Assembly: GCA_002633005.1 (NCBI GenBank)
Contig: NMRA01000245.1
Location: 1-64,000 of the forward strand
Length of the DNA: 64,000 nucleotides
Direction of reading: 5' to 3'
DNA from: Phoronis australis
Taxonomy: Eukaryota > Animalia > Phoronida
In this document: one piece after another, positions 38,661 through 53,394 of the stretch
How positions within the stretch are numbered: position 1 is the stretch's first letter
How the letters are laid out: the number at the start of each line of letters is the position of its first letter
Program-made: the position numbers and the translations under genes
The notes under the pieces: generated by a model
Told to the model about the DNA's origin: nothing
Databases searched by the model: none
What the model saw: only the letters and a program-made list of their open reading frames with translations

Positions 38661-41460
38661 ACAAGTGGCCACCATTTCCCGAGGTGGCGCTACTAAGGTC
38701 TCGACCATTCGCGTGAATATGCGTGATCTTCCGTGATCTCATTTTTCCTGCAAGAAACTTTGTCTACGGAACGCTTCCTAGGTCGTCGTCTGACTCATTT
38801 TGGACTGTACCTGTTAAGTCCTAGTTTGCGCCTTGTAACCAAAGCAGTAAGGCTGAGTGTTGGCGTGTGTCACTTGAAATTTTGAATTTCTACCCTAAAT
38901 ATTGAATTTTTACTCGAGTTTGTGGCTCTAATCTAGGGGTCATCAATTGCGAACTTGGACTAGAAACATGTATGATAAACCTTAATGTACACAGAATGAT
39001 ACACTTATCTTGAGCTTTCATAAAAGTAAAACGGAAAATTCCAAAAATAATTTCGAGTACAAAGATTAGACAGCGACTCCTGGTGGTGTTTAATGGTAAA
39101 AAAGATGATCCTGACCCATTTTAGCTGGCCTCAGGGAAAACTAAAAGATGGCGCATATATTTTCAGAAAACATGGAAAAGAACTAGTTTTGCTATTTTTG
39201 GTCCATGTGTGATTTTAACAGAGGATCATTCACCTGAACAGATCCCCAGTTCACAACCTTCTATAAATGACGGATGCCATTTTAACGAAAGTAAACTCAC
39301 GTGAAATTGGAGTCGATATTTTTCTGCAGGTCCTTCTAACTCACACTTATGCCCGAACATATCAAGTTGTTCGACATTTACCAAACATTCACAACTGAAC
39401 GACATCTTTAAACAGTTGCATAAAAGTTATACGCCGTATAGCAACAATGACGTCGCCACGTTGTTATTGTTGAACAATACACCTGACGTCATGCAACAAT
39501 CAAACTTATCCAGCGGATAACTTTTGAAGCTTTATGCAACTCATCCCAGAAGAGTATTGTAAATATAAATTTCGTGAAATTATTTAGAATTTTTAAAGAT
39601 TAGTCTTCGTCATGAGATGTAATTCATTGTGCAATGGTAATTTAAGTGAAAACACTTTTTCATTTACGGCTACATCTAGTTTCTGGTAAAACCACAAAAA
39701 GTCCCGGCGTTCTTAATACCAGTCTCACGTTCGTGAATACAAGGATTTAAACCGGTCATTTTCCGTTAATTCAACCAACATTTACGTTTCCATAATTAAG
39801 TTTTATTTCTCAGTGTTTTCAAGATTAGTTATGTTCTGTCAAAATGAGGTCTCTCTGTACCCGTTGGCGCGTCTTCATATTCCTCTGCATAATTATTCAA
39901 AGGCTGCAAATACTGACGACACAGATGTAGATAGCTTGTTGCTAAATAATATTACTTTCATTTTGTGTTAATTTTTAAATTATTCTAACTGTAAGAAGTG
40001 CTCATTTACTCTTTCTCATCACAAACTGGAAATAACCAAGAACTGTCCAATGGAAGCTGCGTCAAATCATCACCGTATGCAGTCATGCACGTATAGCCCT
40101 ATAGCGCACGGAATGACGTCATCTGCCTACTGTCCCAACATTTAGAGATTCTCAATTGTCACTGAAACTACAAAATTTCCTTCGTTATTTAGAACTTACC
40201 TTGACATGAGCCAGTAAAGAAGGGTTGCTTGGTTAAAAATCCCGGAATGGATGGAAGTGGTCGCTTCACACTTACATAATACGGATACGTTTGCAAGTTG
40301 TTATTGCGAATTCGTCAATGGTTTTTCACAGATTTCGAATACTGTCGATTAATCGGCTTGACAGTGGCATTGTGACATGATTAAGTCATGTTTATTAAAG
40401 AAGTGCCATTAACTAGACCGCCAATCGATGATGTTAGCTAGATTTGAGAGAGATTTGTGGCTTACGTCATATAATGATGGAATACAGTGGCTTAAATTAT
40501 ATTTACGGGAGTTATCTATTACTTAACACAGATGCTTCACTTTGAGCATAGCTGTTTTAATGTTGATAAAATCCAGAAGGTCCCGTCACGTCATACTCGT
40601 TCCCAGAATCTCCGCGGTTGGGTTTGTCAGGAGCGGGACCTAAATTTGGCCATTGACTCAAATGTAACATAGTGCAAGAAGCTCTTATCCACTAAGTGCA
40701 ACGCTTAGTCGGTTTCGTCACTTGTTTTTTGATTCCGATTCCGAGATCGTGCTGAGAATTACCTTGCCCTTTACAACTGTTGTTACCGTGAATATGGCCC
40801 TAGTGCACGAAACCTCCCCCGACCGCCTTCCATACAACACCTGAGTCACACACGCATATCTTTCACTTTAGCTTGGTCAATGGCAGACAAGCAATAGTTG
40901 TTAATGTAGACTTGCACGAACAAAATGTTAACAGTAATAATATGAACATAATCATCACTAAATAACATTTTAACCTTGCTTTTCATTGTCCTAAAGAGCC
41001 GAATATGAATCGCAGTTCAAAAGGCATGTTTCCAATGCAGATCTAAGCCTTACTAAACATTTAATGGAGCTTTGCTGTCTTTGGAGACAACAAAAAGTTC
41101 AACGAATGCCCCAAAATCCAATTTCCTTGCAAGAGTTGCTTACACAGACGGAGTTCCTATGGAAAACATCGAATAACCGATCTCCATGATATACTGGTCA
41201 CGTTAAATCCTTAAACAGATGAAATGTTCTGGGAGCGGTGTTTCAAATTTCAAATCTTACATCCTATGGGGTCAGTGATGTATTCAACCAAATGATTTTG
41301 TGACATTATCTCAGGATAACAAGACTTAATTATCACGTGACTTTATATTTGAATAACAATAGTTAAAATCGTTAATAATAGATGATTTGCTTGGGAAAAG
41401 TAGCTACTCAGAAGTCAGTGATGGTTTAGCCCTTCCCCCGACCTGCAATTTTTTTAAAAG

Positions 41461-43199
41461 TGATATATATTTATTGATGAATACACAGAACATACAAAGA
41501 AATAATAACAAACCCAGAAATCGCGAAGCATTATATCTGGGTTGTAAACAATTCATAAATGAAACTAATATACATAGAGGTATATACAATTAAGTAGTAT
41601 CTAATATAAGTATTCCAATACTTAGATATGCTATTACAAATATATAAAAACAAAAATATGTACAGATCAATGTGTGGAAATCAGATGCAACAATATTGAT
41701 AAACGGTACATAAAAATTTACTAACGTTGCTTAGGAGGAATTCGTTGAGAACGAGGTCAAGGTTAGGACTACCATTCAATAATAATGTAACTCTAGTAGG
41801 GATATTATTACAAGAATTGAGAGCGTTAACAATTGATTGGTTTTCATTGAGTGCACGAAAGAGTGAATCTCTCAGGTATTCGATGAGGGGACATTTGAAG
41901 AAAATATGAGGATAAGATTGATGGTCACCACATTTACAGTTTGGAGAGACATTACTAAAGTTGTGCCTGAACTTGTCAGAGTTGAGGAAAAGGCCACATC
42001 TTGATCTGTACAATGCTATTTCGTTATCGCAGGGAAGGGAGAATTGTGTCAAGGGTGTTGAGCAGTCAAAATTATGAAAAGCAGCTCTAAAATTATTTTT
42101 TTATACTCGTAAAAGAGTTGCTTTCCTTAGCAGAGACTGGAAGAAAATTCCAGTTGTTGATGCACATCATAACTGTAGACCTTCTGAATGCCTGACTGAA
42201 CGGAGGAATTGCAAATAGGGTGGAGGATCTCAAATCACTACGAAGGCCTTGTCTAGTGTATAGATCAGAAACGTTGTTGACATTGTTTATTACTTTCAAA
42301 GTAAATGTAGTCATGTGAAGATTGCGTCGAGTAGACAGTTTGGGCCACTTGAGACTATTCAAAACCTTATCACTATTGGATACCCTGTAAGCTCCGGTTA
42401 TGAGTAAGGCAGCTTAATACTGTAATTTCTCCAAATGTTGGAGTGCACCGGTATTGGTAGACTGATATATAATATCACAATAATCAATGTGTGGAAGTAT
42501 AAAGGATTTGAACAAAACTTCTAAATGTGTAGAACTCAGATGACGAGAGACAAGCTTAAGTGGGTTAATTAGTTCCTGAGTTTTTTGTGCGAGCTCCCAA
42601 ACGTGAGGTGTGAATGAGAGTTCTTCATCTAACAGTATACCAAGATGTCTGTGCGTCTGTTTTCTAGGAATGATTTCATCATTAAATTTAAGGTCATAAG
42701 ACGGGTCAACAAGGAAGAGAGCATTAATAGATTTGGAGAAGGTGAGGTTAACGCTTTTTTCTGGTTTAAAATTCATTCTTCATTCTTGTGACCAATAGCT
42801 GAGTTTATTTAAGTCGTGTTGAAGCTGCAAAGAACATTCAGGGCTGCTTCTTGCGTAGGGGTAAAAAAGCGCCGTGTCACCTGCATAAAGGTATGTGCTA
42901 CATGACAGGTTATCAGGAAGGTCATTAATATAAACCAAGAAGAGAAGAGGTCCCAATACGCTACCCTGCGGTATACCTGCGTTTACAAATCCAGGAGGGG
43001 ATAAAGTTGAAAGTACGCCTTCGACACGAACACTGTATGTTCTTTCGGAGAGATATGGGGTGATCATGTTTAAAAGATTACCAGTAATGCCATAGGATCG
43101 AAGTTTGTGAAGTAGAAGGTCGTGAGGGACACAGTCGAAAGCAGAAGCTATATCTAGAAAAATGGACCTGACACTCTCGCCCGACCTTCCATTGTACAA
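41461..43199 (-). mobile_element. CR1/L2-group LINE, 5'-truncated ORF2 (RT + C-terminal Cys/His motif) and 3' UTR
   Basis: IFLDIASAFDCVPH...GIPQGSVLGPLLFLVYINDL...LYAGDT (YADD mutated)...HLGILLD...CKCG...HIFFKCP, with in-frame stops. Confidence 0.9.
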
Positions 43200-43591
43200 T
43201 GTTATCGCAAACTGATGCGAAAATGAAGTGTAGTGGGGTTAATTGTTGGCCTTAAAACTGCAACTTGTTAATGTACATGTAAAAAAGTGTTTTATCAAAG
43301 ACGTCATCATCTATACATGAAAAAACAGTATCATTTTTGCCTTTTTTGTCCACTGACAGAACATGATTCAGTTGAATAATGACTCAAATTTAGCTCAAGT
43401 TAGACGTAGTATAAAAGATACCTTTGCCAGGATAATAATTGGCAAGTCCCTTTTATTGCTAAAATTGACTCTTTTCATTGCTTCTTTTCTGAGGCACTAC
43501 ATATAAAGTAGCTCCAAGTGTTAATAGGGTTTCTAGAAAGACTATGGTACAGAATTTCAAAGACAGAGGTCCACATTGAGTCATTTATTAA

Positions 43592-44121
43592 AGAGGCATG
43601 GAACGCAAAAGCTCTTCAAAATATATTTTAAACAATTTCTGACGAAATTACAATCTCGCAACGTCTTGTACAAAGTAGTTCACTTTTCCTTGTGAGAAAT
43701 TTTCTAGAAAAAACACACGATTTTTGGAATACGCGCGAAGAAAAAACTATGTGGTTACCACAGAGTTTCTAATCTCCCTCACACATATGATAAATGTGAG
43801 CATGCGCTCACACTCAGTTGCGTGAAGTCACTTGAGGTTAAAGGTCACATTTTCCATATAAGCGAAATGTTCTACTTCTACATCTTGCCATACCACATAA
43901 GGAGATGTGCTTTGCCTTGTGAGAGAAAAATCGACGAAATGGCGAGTAGTTGACAGATTTTTTTTTGAAATTTGAAAGAAAATGTTTTGATATCAACAGA
44001 AATTAGAATTCTTTATGAACAAACCCTAAGAATACCTGGTAAGCAGGTTGAATTATGTTTCAGTGGCAGAGAATCACTTTCAGTATTGCAATTTAGTTTG
44101 TTTATCGCGTTCCAGGTCACT
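43592..44121. mobile_element. TTAA-flanked Kolobok-like MITE
   Basis: TTAA|AGAGGCATGGAACGC ... GCGTTCCAGGTCACT|TTAA; shares sequence with 28092-28330. Confidence 0.7.
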
Positions 44122-45547
44122 TTAAAGGCGTCAAACTAATTAACTTGGGATCAGAGAATCCTAAAACTGATGCCAGTGCATTGCCCTGTCTAAACATGTC
44201 ACGTGAAACTCGCCCTAATAGGGGAGATAATTTGTTTCACTTCGGTCATACTTTTTGCTTCAAGTAGCTAAATATATTCATAATAAATTTTTGGAAGAAT
44301 ATTTTTACATCTACTAGGTGAATTTATTGACCTCACCTATTGTTGGTAACCCCTTGCACGTGAGGCACAATCCAAAGATGCCCATATTTTGGAAAGACTG
44401 GTTTCAGAAAGGTGTTAGTTATATATCCTGATAAGGGCTATTTTTATGACTTTAAGACTTTACGAACACGCTTTCACTTTGAATCGTGAACTTTAACCCC
44501 GTGAAAAACGTTTAAAGGACCTTGGATTGCTTTTTTCACGGGATGTAAACTTATCGTGCAGTATTTTCCATCTGAAAAATGATACCGCCGCCGTGAGCTA
44601 GTTGAAGTGTCGATAGGAGGAGGTTATTTTTCAAAGGGTTCATGTAGCCAAATTAAAAACAAAGCATCGTCAGATGGTTTCGAGTAAATGGGTGGTACGT
44701 GTCGCTTCCGGGTGTCAACCCTAAGTGGGTCAAAAAGGAGAATGGTGGGGGGTTGCGAAAATTGTACGCAACGGAAGATGGGATTTAGGCTGCATTGCTG
44801 AACACTGGTGACGGCCTGCTAGGGGTCGCCGAAAATTGAGTTGTTACATCCCACCCCCTTGATACGCTACTGGGCGAAGCTGACTTTGTGTAACATTTAG
44901 GAGTGGAAGCAAGTTGACCATGCATTCCATCCAGTAGCTTCGCGACTAGAAAACTTGACCAAATCTCTTTAGGTCATCTCGACTGTTTTCTTCCAAATGA
45001 ACTGATCTGCCCTGACACCCCGGTCCACCCCGTACGTTTACCTCCTGGGTGGCAGCTTCTTTTCAGGTCTCCTTTTGTATTGCGATTAGGGTAAAGCAAT
45101 AACATTTGACTTGCCATCTTTTGAAAATCATCCGTAGGGTTAATTTTCCCACGATGTTCACATTCAATTTAGAGCCCGTTACAACCTGTTGAGGAGGTTG
45201 AAAAATAACCACTTTCCAGGGGTTAAAATTTAAAGCTGCACCGGTACCAGGTAGTGTCCAAAGCACAGGGTATAATCTTTTTACTCGAAATCAAACTCAA
45301 AAATATTTTGACATTTTCCGTTCTACTTTATTAGACTGTTATTCTGTGCTCAAATATATTATGGTTTATATGGATGACAGTTTGATATTATTTAGCACTC
45401 ATGGCCCCAGCATTCAAGCTATAAATTCGAGTCAGAACTCTGAATTTCGAGTTTTTGCTCTAAATTTTGAGTTTCTATTCGAGGTTGTAGCGTGAATCCT
45501 GGGGTCATCAAGTACAAAATTACATTAGACACTCATCTGCGTAAATC

Positions 45548-45811
45548 CATGCGAGCACCCGGGGGGTTCGCTCTTACGAGCCCCCCACCCCTCTCCCCAT
45601 TTGACGAAGTGGGCAAAAAAGTTCCGCCTCTGAGAAACAAAAATTACGAAAAAAGCAGAAAATGAGACAAAAAGTCCACTTAAAAGACAGGAGCTACAAA
45701 AATTGGCGAATGCACAATTAATACCTTTGAACCTACCCCGTAAGTCTTAGTAAAAGGTCCACATTCTCAAAAAATTCGAGACCCCCATTTTTTAGGCTGG
45801 ATGCGCGCATG
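45548..45811. mobile_element. Second hAT-like MITE family (CATGCGCGCATCC TIR), TSD AAATC
   Basis: CATGCGAGCACCC...GGATGCGCGCATG flanked by AAATC/AAATC. Confidence 0.8.
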
Positions 45812-47751
45812 AAATCATAAAGTACTCAAGAACAGAATCATAGGCCATTATTGTGAGTTTGTATTAAAGTAGAACGAAAAAATATCAAGAATATTTTCAG
45901 GATCGATTTTGTCCAATAAAATAGATTAGAGTTTGGGCCTAGGTGAGAGACAACAATTTGTCTGCAACACAAAGAGCAAAGTGGAACTGCAGCGACGTCT
46001 ATACTCAGTCGGTGAAGCCGAGAAAAGTCAACCCAACCGGCAAATCTTCAATGTTGAAAACTGGCCACCTGGTCGTTCAACGTTGAAAAATGACCCGGCT
46101 CGTTTTAAAAGGTTTTTATGAGAAGAACACTGATCAGTGGAAAATGACCCACAGTGACCGATAATTAAATCTATATTGAGGACTGCGTAGGAGGGTCACG
46201 CCAAAGTAAGATAAAAAATATGAAGTAAAAATTAAATCAAAAATAACACTTGTGAGTCCCATTCCGTCATCATAGTAAACAAGTAGTGTAAACTTGCTCA
46301 GGACTGAATTTTTGACGAACTTGACAAAATTAAATCCAGAACGTTAGACCCTCGTTATGTTAGAATGCTAGCAAGGATGCGCTCCTTAGACCCCAGACAC
46401 TTGCGAAGCACAAGTGGTTAGAAACAGTGTATTCCATTTTATAATTCAATTTAAAGTTTGTAAGCCCTATAATGAATATCCCTCGTGGTTGTCAGTATGC
46501 TTTGAGCTGATCTAAGTTACATTTGGCGCTTTCTTTAGAAGACGACGAATAGGCAGCCAATGATAAAGCTCCTACCAAGTCTACGTCAAAAACCGATTGA
46601 AATTTGAACGTATTTATCTCAATTCAAGGAAATAGAATTAGATAATGCTAGTTATCAGGGGTGGATCCAGGATTTGGAGCTAGGGGGGAGGGAGGGGGCA
46701 GGGCAGAGTATTAGCCAGCGGGATTGTTGTAGTCAGTGCCACCAGACAAGGTCCGCTGCCCTACAAAGCCATGCCGCTATTTATTTCTGTGGGAATTTTA
46801 GAAAATATTACTGAAAAATAACAGGAAAGTTGGAAAGAGGCAATCACAGGGGTAATTGTTTGGTTCCGGTTATAGGTAGATTTTCAAGCCAAAAGGTCAA
46901 CAAATACATGTATGTGGTATTCATACGCTGGAGTAACAAGTGTTTAGTGATGTTTCATAGGTTTTGATTAGTTTTGATTATCACTCAAAACGTTAATAAA
47001 GGTGCATTGTCGTTTTTACAGGCTGAGAACGCATTTTTGGGGTCAGGATAGACTTCTAAAAGTTATTGGCTTTTACTTGCCGAGCAATAAAACAACAAAA
47101 TCCGTTATTTTGTGATTTTATTGCAAGACAATTGATGAAATGAAGGCCGATGTGTTACTATTTAAACATACTAAAATTCTCTGCCATTTGTGAAATTTGG
47201 CTCTGCTGTAAAGCCTTCGTCAGCTTCTGCGAAGCTAGGGAGTGCGATTCTGCGTTGCTGCTATTTTTCTGCAAAATTACTTCCCTCGCCAAGAATGTGC
47301 GTTTAAAGTGGCTACAGAAAGCTATGAGAAATTCACCTTGGTTAAAAGTAGAGGGAAGTGTGCAAAAGACAAAACCGATCTTTAAGTCTGGAGGGGTTTC
47401 AAATCCGCGTTCTATAAAAGAAGCAAATTTGATTTAATAGACCAGCTACTACCATGATTTTGCTTTCAAGTTGTTCCTTACTCGATCACCCGAGGGAGAA
47501 GTGATATCTGGGTTAGCAAAAACTCACAGTTTGTTATTTCTTGAAGCCACATTTGACAAATAAAATGAAACGTCTCCAAGCCAACTTTTAGAGAATTGTC
47601 TCAATCAATGACGAACTGTCAGTTTATTCGAATCCCTGAAGTCATCGCTTATTTACTTAGGAACAATTTGCCGGGAACCAATTCCATAACGGTGAGTGGT
47701 CTCAATCAAAAGTTGTTTTCTGTGATAGAAAGTGTGTTTACTGTCGCTTAA

Positions 47752-47956
47752 AGAGGCATTAAACCTATTTGTTTTGTAAAGAAACTAGAGCAGATTTAGA
47801 CCGCCCAGCGTTACGAAATTGGTCTTTGTTTAGAGGCGATCTCTGATCTGAAAGTTCGTTTTTTATTCAGACCAAGGGACGATTTGAGATCAATGTAAGA
47901 ACGGTGCGTGGCCTAAATTTGTAATTTTCAACAGAAAGCATGGGTTCAGTGCCGCT
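47752..47956. mobile_element. TTAA-flanked Kolobok-like MITE
   Basis: TTAA|AGAGGCATTAAACCTAT ... ATGGGTTCAGTGCCGCT|TTAA. Confidence 0.6.
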
Positions 47957-48129
47957 TTAATTTATTGTATTCGAATTTTAAGAATGTGAAATTTACCTGC
48001 TTCCACTGGTTCAACTCCAACGTCCCTATTTGTTTCCGAAACGACACTCGGGAAATCTTGTCCTCTTTGGTCAGCGAGTGTGTTTTTTACATGGTTTCAT
48101 GTCTTCTCAAACTTGTGTTGATTAGTGCT

Positions 48130-48395
48130 CATGCGTGCACCCTGACTAAAAATGGGGGCTCGAATTCTTGAGAATGTGGACCTTTTACTAACATTCACGG
48201 GGTACGTTCCGACCTAAGAATTGTGCATTGGCCGAATTTTGGTAGTACCTGCCTTTGTAGTTGAACTTTTCTAGTTTTTTTTTTTTTGGAGTTTTTTGTT
48301 TCTCTGACTGAGGCGGACCTTTTTGCCCAGTTTGCCGAACGGAAGGCTCTTTGGAGCCCCAGGACCCCTCTCCCCCTCCCCTGGATGCGCGCATG
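48130..48395. mobile_element. Inverted copy of the CATGCGCGCATCC MITE family
   Basis: Reverse-complement homolog of 45548-45811; flanks GTGCT/ATGCT. Confidence 0.8.
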
Positions 48396-48663
48396 ATGCT
48401 CAAAAGTTTTATAATTTCTGGCGACCACGTGTCAGTGATATCCGTTCAAAGTCTCATGGTGAGAGTCCTCCGACCTGATAGGCTAAATCTAGTTTGTTTA
48501 TGTACGTTAGCAGACACTTTGGAATAAAAACCAAGAAGGAATTTGTCAAAATTGTAATAGGATAAAAACCTACACTTCACCAAGTATCAATACACTATCT
48601 AGCTGAACATAAGCACATGTCGATGTAATCCTGTAAGTTTCAAGAGCTGCTTTTTAAGGTAAA

Positions 48664-48809
48664 CAGGGGCGAATCCAGGATTTTGAGTTAGGGAGGGGCA
48701 GAGCAGAGTATTAGCCAGGATTTTACCCTTCAAACCTTCGCACCCCCGAATCTGGGAGAATTTTAGGGGGCATGGACCCCTTGCCCCCCCCCCTCTAAAT
48801 CCGCCACTG
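48664..48809. mobile_element. hAT-like MITE copy
   Basis: CAGGGGCGAATCCAGG...TAAATCCGCCACTG; flanks GTAAA/GTTAA. A partial copy lies at about 46656-46718. Confidence 0.75.
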
Positions 48810-50769
48810 GTTAAAGCTGAATTTCGCCCTGTTTAACTGGCCAATAAACCAAAATCGCCCTTCTTACTCTCATGACACCAATCTCATAACATTTCTTGCC
48901 ATAGTTGGATTTTAGTTCCGTTACCAACAAGAACATCGAAACCATCATGACTTATAGAAACGCTTCAGAGAGTTAGGGTTGACCAACTCTCAAATTTGAG
49001 GATTAGACAATGGGCCATACATGTATGCATTGCTTATGACTTGAGTTGACGGCTCATTCGGTAACATTTCAATATGGGATAAGCGTGGTTATGATTTTAA
49101 ACCCCAAAGAGCTTGTGTTAAAGGAGCATGCCACCCAAAAAACAACCTAATTTGTATCAATTTAGATCGAGTAGTTCTACTCCACAACGACACGTACGGT
49201 TGCGTTACCTGACACCTGACGGCAGACGGAGGTGTTGAAAATATCCAATGACGTCATCGGTTTCACACGCAGTCTGTTCAGCAGTTCACAACACGGGTTA
49301 CTTGTGTCAGCTTATCGCTTGAAATCATCGTTTAACACCAATAAATAATCAAACTTCGATGTAAAACCCTTAAAAATACACCGAGTTCTTATAAAAAACG
49401 TGATGTTTCATTTCGCTCTTACGGATTTATTGGACACACCGTAGCCTACAAAGTTCGGCAGGCCACCTAGGTCCGTAGCGGCAGCAGTTTGGGGTCTGTT
49501 CGGAGATAATTTCGAAGTATTTTCCGGGAGATACAGACAGGAGAACCTAGATCTGTGTTGTTTAGACTTGTGATTTTTTTAGTTCTAAACACAAAACGCT
49601 TGTTATCCTGGCCAGTGGCTCGGAGCCCGATCAGGCCCGTCGCGGCCGCCCGGGATGGACTGTCGTTGCCGCGGCCAGTGGCTCGGAAACTGATCAGACA
49701 TCACGAACATAAACCAGCCAAAGTTCAGGAGAAACTAAACTTCAGTCAAAAAAAAACTATACTAGTGAGCCAAAGTAATGTTCACCTGATTATGTTGGTG
49801 AATTAACCACGAAACTGCAAATCTACTTACTCGTCGGGGGCCGCGAATTCAGGTTCCGCTTTAAGTTGGCCACAGCACCGTCAGGGCAGAAGTTGTATAT
49901 TGACAATCATTATTTGAGTAATGTAAATGTAAATAAAGATTTCCCTAACACCTGGACGTGGGATGGAAATCAAGTTGTTTCACAACAGTTTCTGCTAGCA
50001 AACACTAAATTAGCATGAGCTCACACGGCCTAGGTGTCCCGTCAATTAGTTTTATTGCACCAAAGCCGGTAACGCAGTGATTTATTCATTGCTAGCTTTT
50101 GCACTCACGAACACTCCAAAGGCATTACAAATTGCATCTAATGAGACAGACTTTTTTTCAGTTTTATATAAATATTGGTTAGGGTGAGAATAATCATTTT
50201 GGAACAGAACGCTCAGCAATAAACGCCAACATGGCAACCGTCGCAATCCTGACTTAGGACGAGCTAGAGCTCATCGGTCCCGACATCGCTGGTGGATCGT
50301 TAAGTTTTACAGGCTATCAGTTCGAACAGGAATACAGTGATGAAGAAGTACTAGAGAGGCGCCGTGAACAAGCTCAGACAACGGAACGTATGGAGTTATT
50401 TGGTAAGCCGGCATTCGTCAGGCACTGTCGACGTCTGCAGGCCACAGACACCGTACGGAGATGTTTCACGGCCTCATACTTGCTATTTACAGCGTACATT
50501 TCATTCTTCACTACCATGAGTCACTTCCTAAGCATTTCGGACTCTCGAGGAAGTAAAAAACGATATACGAACTTTCCTCGCAGCTGCTTAGTAATTCGGG
50601 CAAGCGAGAACGATGCACCGCAACATAGCGGCATTCACTCTGCATATGAACCACTGACGTCGCTAGCGTCGTTTCTCACCTTCCTCACAGGTTAACGCGA
50701 CACCTCTTGACAAGGTTAGCGAGGCGATGTGGATATAGACCGATTAAGACGGCAAAAACGACTACTTAG

Positions 50770-51523
50770 AGGCGAAGGCAACCTTTTTCCATGTCATTTA
50801 GAGCTAAAATAAGGTTGGTTGGTTATCCTAGACATATTTTCCACTTAATTACAGCTTTTCGTAATTTTATTAATTACTCGTCCGCTACTCCGGAAGTGAC
50901 GTTTTAGGAGGCAAGCATTTCGCGCCAATTTCTTTTCATATAGTCTGACTGTGAGAGCTGCCGAGTCAGTCATTGTTCTACCTCGGTTGTGTTAAGTTCC
51001 GTCGTCGTTTGCTTTCATTTACTAGTCAGTCAACATGCCACACTGTTGCTGNNNNNNNNNNNNNNNNNNNNNNNNNNNNNNNNCACCCACCGAATGTCCG
51101 TGAAAGAATTCCTCGTCACCACTGCTGTGAACAAGGTCTCCGTCACTCACACTACTGTCACTGTGATACGGGTCACCGACTCCAGCCATTTTCAGCTTAC
51201 AACACACTAAACAATCCCTAAATCCAACGTAGTTTAGTTCTCTACTAACCTATCTTGCTGCAGAATACTCGCCGATGGGAAGTGATGGCGACAATTGTTG
51301 AAAAACAGTACAAAACAAAAGTAGAATAGAACAGATTCGCACGGTAAAGTCAACGCAAAACCAAGTGGCGAGAAACGCTTGCCTCCTAAAACGTCACTTC
51401 CGGAGTATCGAACGAGTAATTAATAAAATTACGAAAAGCTGTAATTAAGTGGAAAATATGTCTAGGATCACCAACCAACCTTATTTTAGCTCAAAATGAC
51501 ATGGAAAAAGGTTGCCTTCGCCT
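50770..51523. mobile_element. Nested Kolobok-like MITE with about 160-bp TIRs
   Basis: 50770-50930 is the near-perfect reverse complement of about 51363-51523; flanks TTAG/TTAA. Confidence 0.85.
51052..51083. other. Assembly gap
   Basis: Run of N. Confidence 0.99.
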
Positions 51524-53394
51524 TTAAATCGGGTGGCATTCTTCTTTAAGAACTCAACATTGATATCTGGAACTGCACAACGTGTAGCTTTAAATATTAG
51601 ATTTCGTTAACTAGGTACTTTTCGGGGTTGTTTAACGTAAGGCAAAACCGGACCCTGCCAAGTACATGTGGGTCAGCATATCCCCCTTATAACTTAGCAA
51701 CATGGAAGAAAACCCGCACTTTTTCAGGTGAAACCCTTTTATGGGTCGCAGAATATTTACTATTGTTATTGTATTTTCAGAGACAGACACGTGCAGAGAA
51801 ATTGAGAAACAGAGAAAGAAAGAAAGAAACAGGATTTGAAAACAATTTATATCAGGATAATGCTGGGGTGAAGTTCAGGGGGTCCGGACCTTTCTCTTTT
51901 TATCTAAAGCGACTAAATAAAACCGTGGGAAAAATAGACGATTTTTATTTTTCTTCATGTTTATAGGCGGCTGGCTGCAGAGATCAAGACACTTAATTTC
52001 ATTAACAGTTTTTTATTCATTATTTGTGATATAGAATTCTCTTCAGAATCAGAAACCTGTCGTTTTACTTGAACCTCCTCTTTCGCAAAAAGCTGGATCC
52101 CCATTTATTATTCAACCAGATATACAATGACTATGAGAATACATGCACGTGCTAGGTATCATTAGTATGTTTACAATAAGATTAAAAAATACTGGATTGC
52201 GATATACATGCGCAGAATTAGTCAAGACATCCGGCTAGAATTCTTGCCACAAACAGAGAACCCTAATCATGCACCGTCCAATTATCACAAAAACATAAAC
52301 AAGGTTACCGTGAAACGTAGAGACAGTCAGCAATGTGCCGGAACACGGGAAGGACGATGTCTAAAGTACTAAGTACTAATGCAATGCCGCCACCTTTGGA
52401 AGAAAAAGAAACTAACTAGACTTAATTCTGAATACTCGATCGCCGTCTCAATTATCACTCTGTGCACAAGACATTTAAGAAAGTAATCCCTTCAGAAAGT
52501 CTTATTATGGGTTTGCAGTAACACAAATGGTAGGTACGGCACTGAGGGCAAAAACAATAACAATTGACTTCAAGCATTAGCAGTGTCACTTGGGGTAAAT
52601 ACCCGTACCCAGCATGTCACTTGGAGGGGTGCGAAGCTAAAGGAAGGCGGACCAAACCAGGACTTCAATCACCGATAAACTACTAGCCTCGTCACATGAG
52701 AACCCCCGCATAATTCACGCGAGGTTAGCTTATGTTTTTTATTATGCATTGATCAAAACTATTCATCACTGGAAATGAACAAAAAAATAAGAAAAAATAT
52801 CCAATTTTTGTGTATGTAGTGAGAGGCAGTGTTCAAGGTAATTTGTTAGTCCTGTGGCTTCTTGGCTCTTATTTAACTCCTCTTAGGCTATGCTACGTGA
52901 CATTTTCTGAGTTACAATGGAAATTGAAATCAGAGGAATGACGTCAAACTATGTCTATAATGAAGCACCTAGCTAATTGTGAGCAAAGATGCACAGCGAG
53001 TTCAGTTGAATTGTTGTAGACAGCACTTTAAACAACTGAATAGCTTTTAATACCACTACTTTTCCCAAAATATCAGGCAATAAAAGCTAATATGTCAAAC
53101 TCTAAAAATATTCACATGGTCGCAATACGTTGTGTTTCTAACTAATTTGAACATGAGATATTAGCGTGCAACTAGCTCCTGCGACTTTAATGACTGCTGA
53201 TAAACATTCATTTCCACAAGCGAAAAGTATTTTTTAATAAAACAGCATTACGAAGGTAATCGAAAGTGTACAGGTACAGGTAGATGAATATGAATTCATC
53301 CCACTTCCTAAGGTGGACCCCCAAATCTCGTTGGCGGGGGGGCAGGTTCGCACCCGTCTCCTGCAGTGGACTGGTGTGTCTCAATAGTGATGAG

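Larger units (their letters stand above)
49122..51545. mobile_element. Kolobok-like non-autonomous DNA transposon (TTAA TSD) with coding remnant
   Basis: TTAA|AGGAGCATGCCACCC ... GGGTGGCATTCTTCT|TTAA; internal decayed exon at 50231-50402. Confidence 0.7.
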
